DNA of 24,000 nucleotides, from positions 263,102 through 287,101 of the forward strand of contig NZ_JAAUWW010000002.1 of the NCBI RefSeq assembly GCF_014694375.1. The letters are read 5' to 3'. A program made the position numbers and the translations under genes. This stretch comes from Vibrio sp. S17_S38. Lineage in GTDB: Bacteria; Pseudomonadota; Gammaproteobacteria; Enterobacterales; Vibrionaceae. The notes beneath the pieces are model-generated. The model ran no database searches. It was not told where the DNA came from and saw only the letters and a program-made list of their open reading frames with translations. Below are positions 22,816 through 24,000 of this stretch, in pieces (position 1 is the first letter of the stretch; every line of letters starts with the position of its first letter).

Positions 22816-23808
22816 ATGGGTCCATTGTGGTTAGATGTCGAAGGGTTTGAACTCGACGCAGTAGAAAAAGAAATTCTGGCACATCCAACCGTGGGCGGCG
22901 TGATTTTATTTGCGCGTAATTACCACGATAATGAGCAATTAATTGCCCTTAATAAAGCCATTCGCACCGCAGCTAAACGTCCGATTCTCATTGGTGTTGA
23001 TCAAGAAGGTGGTCGTGTGCAGCGTTTTCGTGAGGGCTTTACGGTCATTCCTGCAGCAAAAGATTATGCTGAAATGAAGAATGGTGAAGAAGCGGCGTTA
23101 CTTGGCGGCTGGTTAATGGCAGCAGAGTTGATTGCGCACGATATCGATTTAAGTTTTGCGCCAGTGTTGGATAAAACGTTTCAATGTAAAGCGATTGGTA
23201 GCCGTGCATTTGGCGAAGATTTCGATACTATTTTGAAATACAGTTCGGCTTATATGAAAGGGATGAAGCAAGTTGGTATGGCAACCACCGGTAAGCATTT
23301 TCCGGGTCATGGTGGTGTGATTGTGGATTCGCATTATGAAACGCCATTTGATCACCGTGATGATATTTTTGCTACCGATATGGCGATCTTTAAAGCACAA
23401 ATTGAAGCTGGAATTCTTGATGCGATGATGCCGGCGCATGTGGTTTACCCTCATTATGATGATCAACCCGCAAGTGGTTCAAACTATTGGTTAAAAGAGG
23501 TATTGCGTAACCAGCTTGGTTTTGAAGGGATTGTGTTTTCAGATGATCTTAACATGGAAGGCGCCAGTATTATGGGGGGGCCAGCCGAGCGTTCACTAAA
23601 ATCCATGCAATCGGGCTGCGACATGGTATTGATGTGTAATAATCGACAATCTGCGATTGAAGTTTTGGATAATTTACCCGTAACTGAAGTGCCACAAGCG
23701 ATGTCGTTGTTGAAAAAACAAAGCTTTAGTTTGGCTGAGCTGCAATCAACTGAGCGTTGGAAGCAAGCCAACCGATTGATGCGAGATCATCAAGAAACTT
23801 TACGTTAG
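22816..23808 (+). CDS. nagZ: Beta-N-acetylhexosaminidase NagZ (GH3), 330 aa
   Basis: [73 protein letters not shown]...KHFPGHG...[42 protein letters not shown] is very close to Vibrio and E. coli NagZ as remembered. Confidence 0.95.
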   Translation: MGPLWLDVEGFELDAVEKEILAHPTVGGVILFARNYHDNEQLIALNKAIRTAAKRPILIGVDQEGGRVQRFREGFTVIPAAKDYAEMKNGEEAALLGGWLMAAELIAHDIDLSFAPVLDKTFQCKAIGSRAFGEDFDTILKYSSAYMKGMKQVGMATTGKHFPGHGGVIVDSHYETPFDHRDDIFATDMAIFKAQIEAGILDAMMPAHVVYPHYDDQPASGSNYWLKEVLRNQLGFEGIVFSDDLNMEGASIMGGPAERSLKSMQSGCDMVLMCNNRQSAIEVLDNLPVTEVPQAMSLLKKQSFSLAELQSTERWKQANRLMRDHQETLR

Positions 23809-23930
23809 TTAGCGGTAGCTCTATTCGTCTATTTTAACTACAGTAGCTATATCTATGTTAATTGTGGCCTTATGTTAATTGTTAGCATCGTTGGTATTAA
23901 CCGCTGAATTCAAGATAAATAAGGGATGCC

Positions 23931-24000
23931 GTGCAGTATGTGAAAATTAAAGAAGCGTTGGTTGAGCAAATTGATTCGGGCATGTTGGCTGCGAGACAAA
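23931..24000 (+). CDS. Possible start of a GntR-type regulator (first 23 codons only, 3' truncated by the window)
   Basis: GTG 23931 is preceded by AAGGGA. (V/M)QYVKIKEALVEQIDSGMLAARQ resembles the N-terminal helix of GntR-family wHTH proteins (Y..I...L...I..G.L..). The fragment is too short to be confident. Confidence 0.35.
   Translation, partial: MQYVKIKEALVEQIDSGMLAARQ

Overview
Chromosomal, low-GC (roughly 40% by eye) gammaproteobacterial window. The NagZ, AnmK, RimK and Ebg proteins look Vibrionaceae-like (inference from remembered sequences, no search run). I can support 22 protein-coding genes, two of them truncated by the window edges. I saw no rRNA, tRNA, CRISPR array, transposase, integrase or phage genes, so this is core or accessory metabolism rather than a mobile island. 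Layout: (1) 1..9570 is an ebg (evolved beta-galactosidase) locus on the minus strand: ebgR, ebgA, ebgC, two tandem diverged YgjI/YjeM-type APC transporters, the tRNA-binding gene ygjH on the opposite strand, and a porin-like gene running off the left edge. A palindromic operator-like motif (AGTAAA-N2/3-TTTACT) recurs at three promoters here. (2) 9910..14265 holds a DUF4336-like gene, the yjeH exporter, an AEC-family transporter, ppnP and a GST. (3) 14424..17512 holds a LysR regulator divergent from a strongly diverged adenylosuccinate-synthetase paralog, followed by a YecD-like isochorismatase-family hydrolase lacking the Cys nucleophile. (4) 17588..20084 is a three-gene rimK operon: retropepsin-like protease, RimK glutamate ligase and an AstE/AspA-type zinc hydrolase. 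(5) 20325..24000 holds an acidic general porin with a CRP-like site, divergent anmK and nagZ (peptidoglycan recycling), and the first codons of a possible GntR-type regulator. The best candidates for under-described biology are the rimK three-gene module, the LysR/PurA-paralog/YecD-like cluster, and the extended Ebg regulon with amino-acid-type transporters. Every functional call comes from reading the translations and comparing them with remembered reference sequences. No database search was run.
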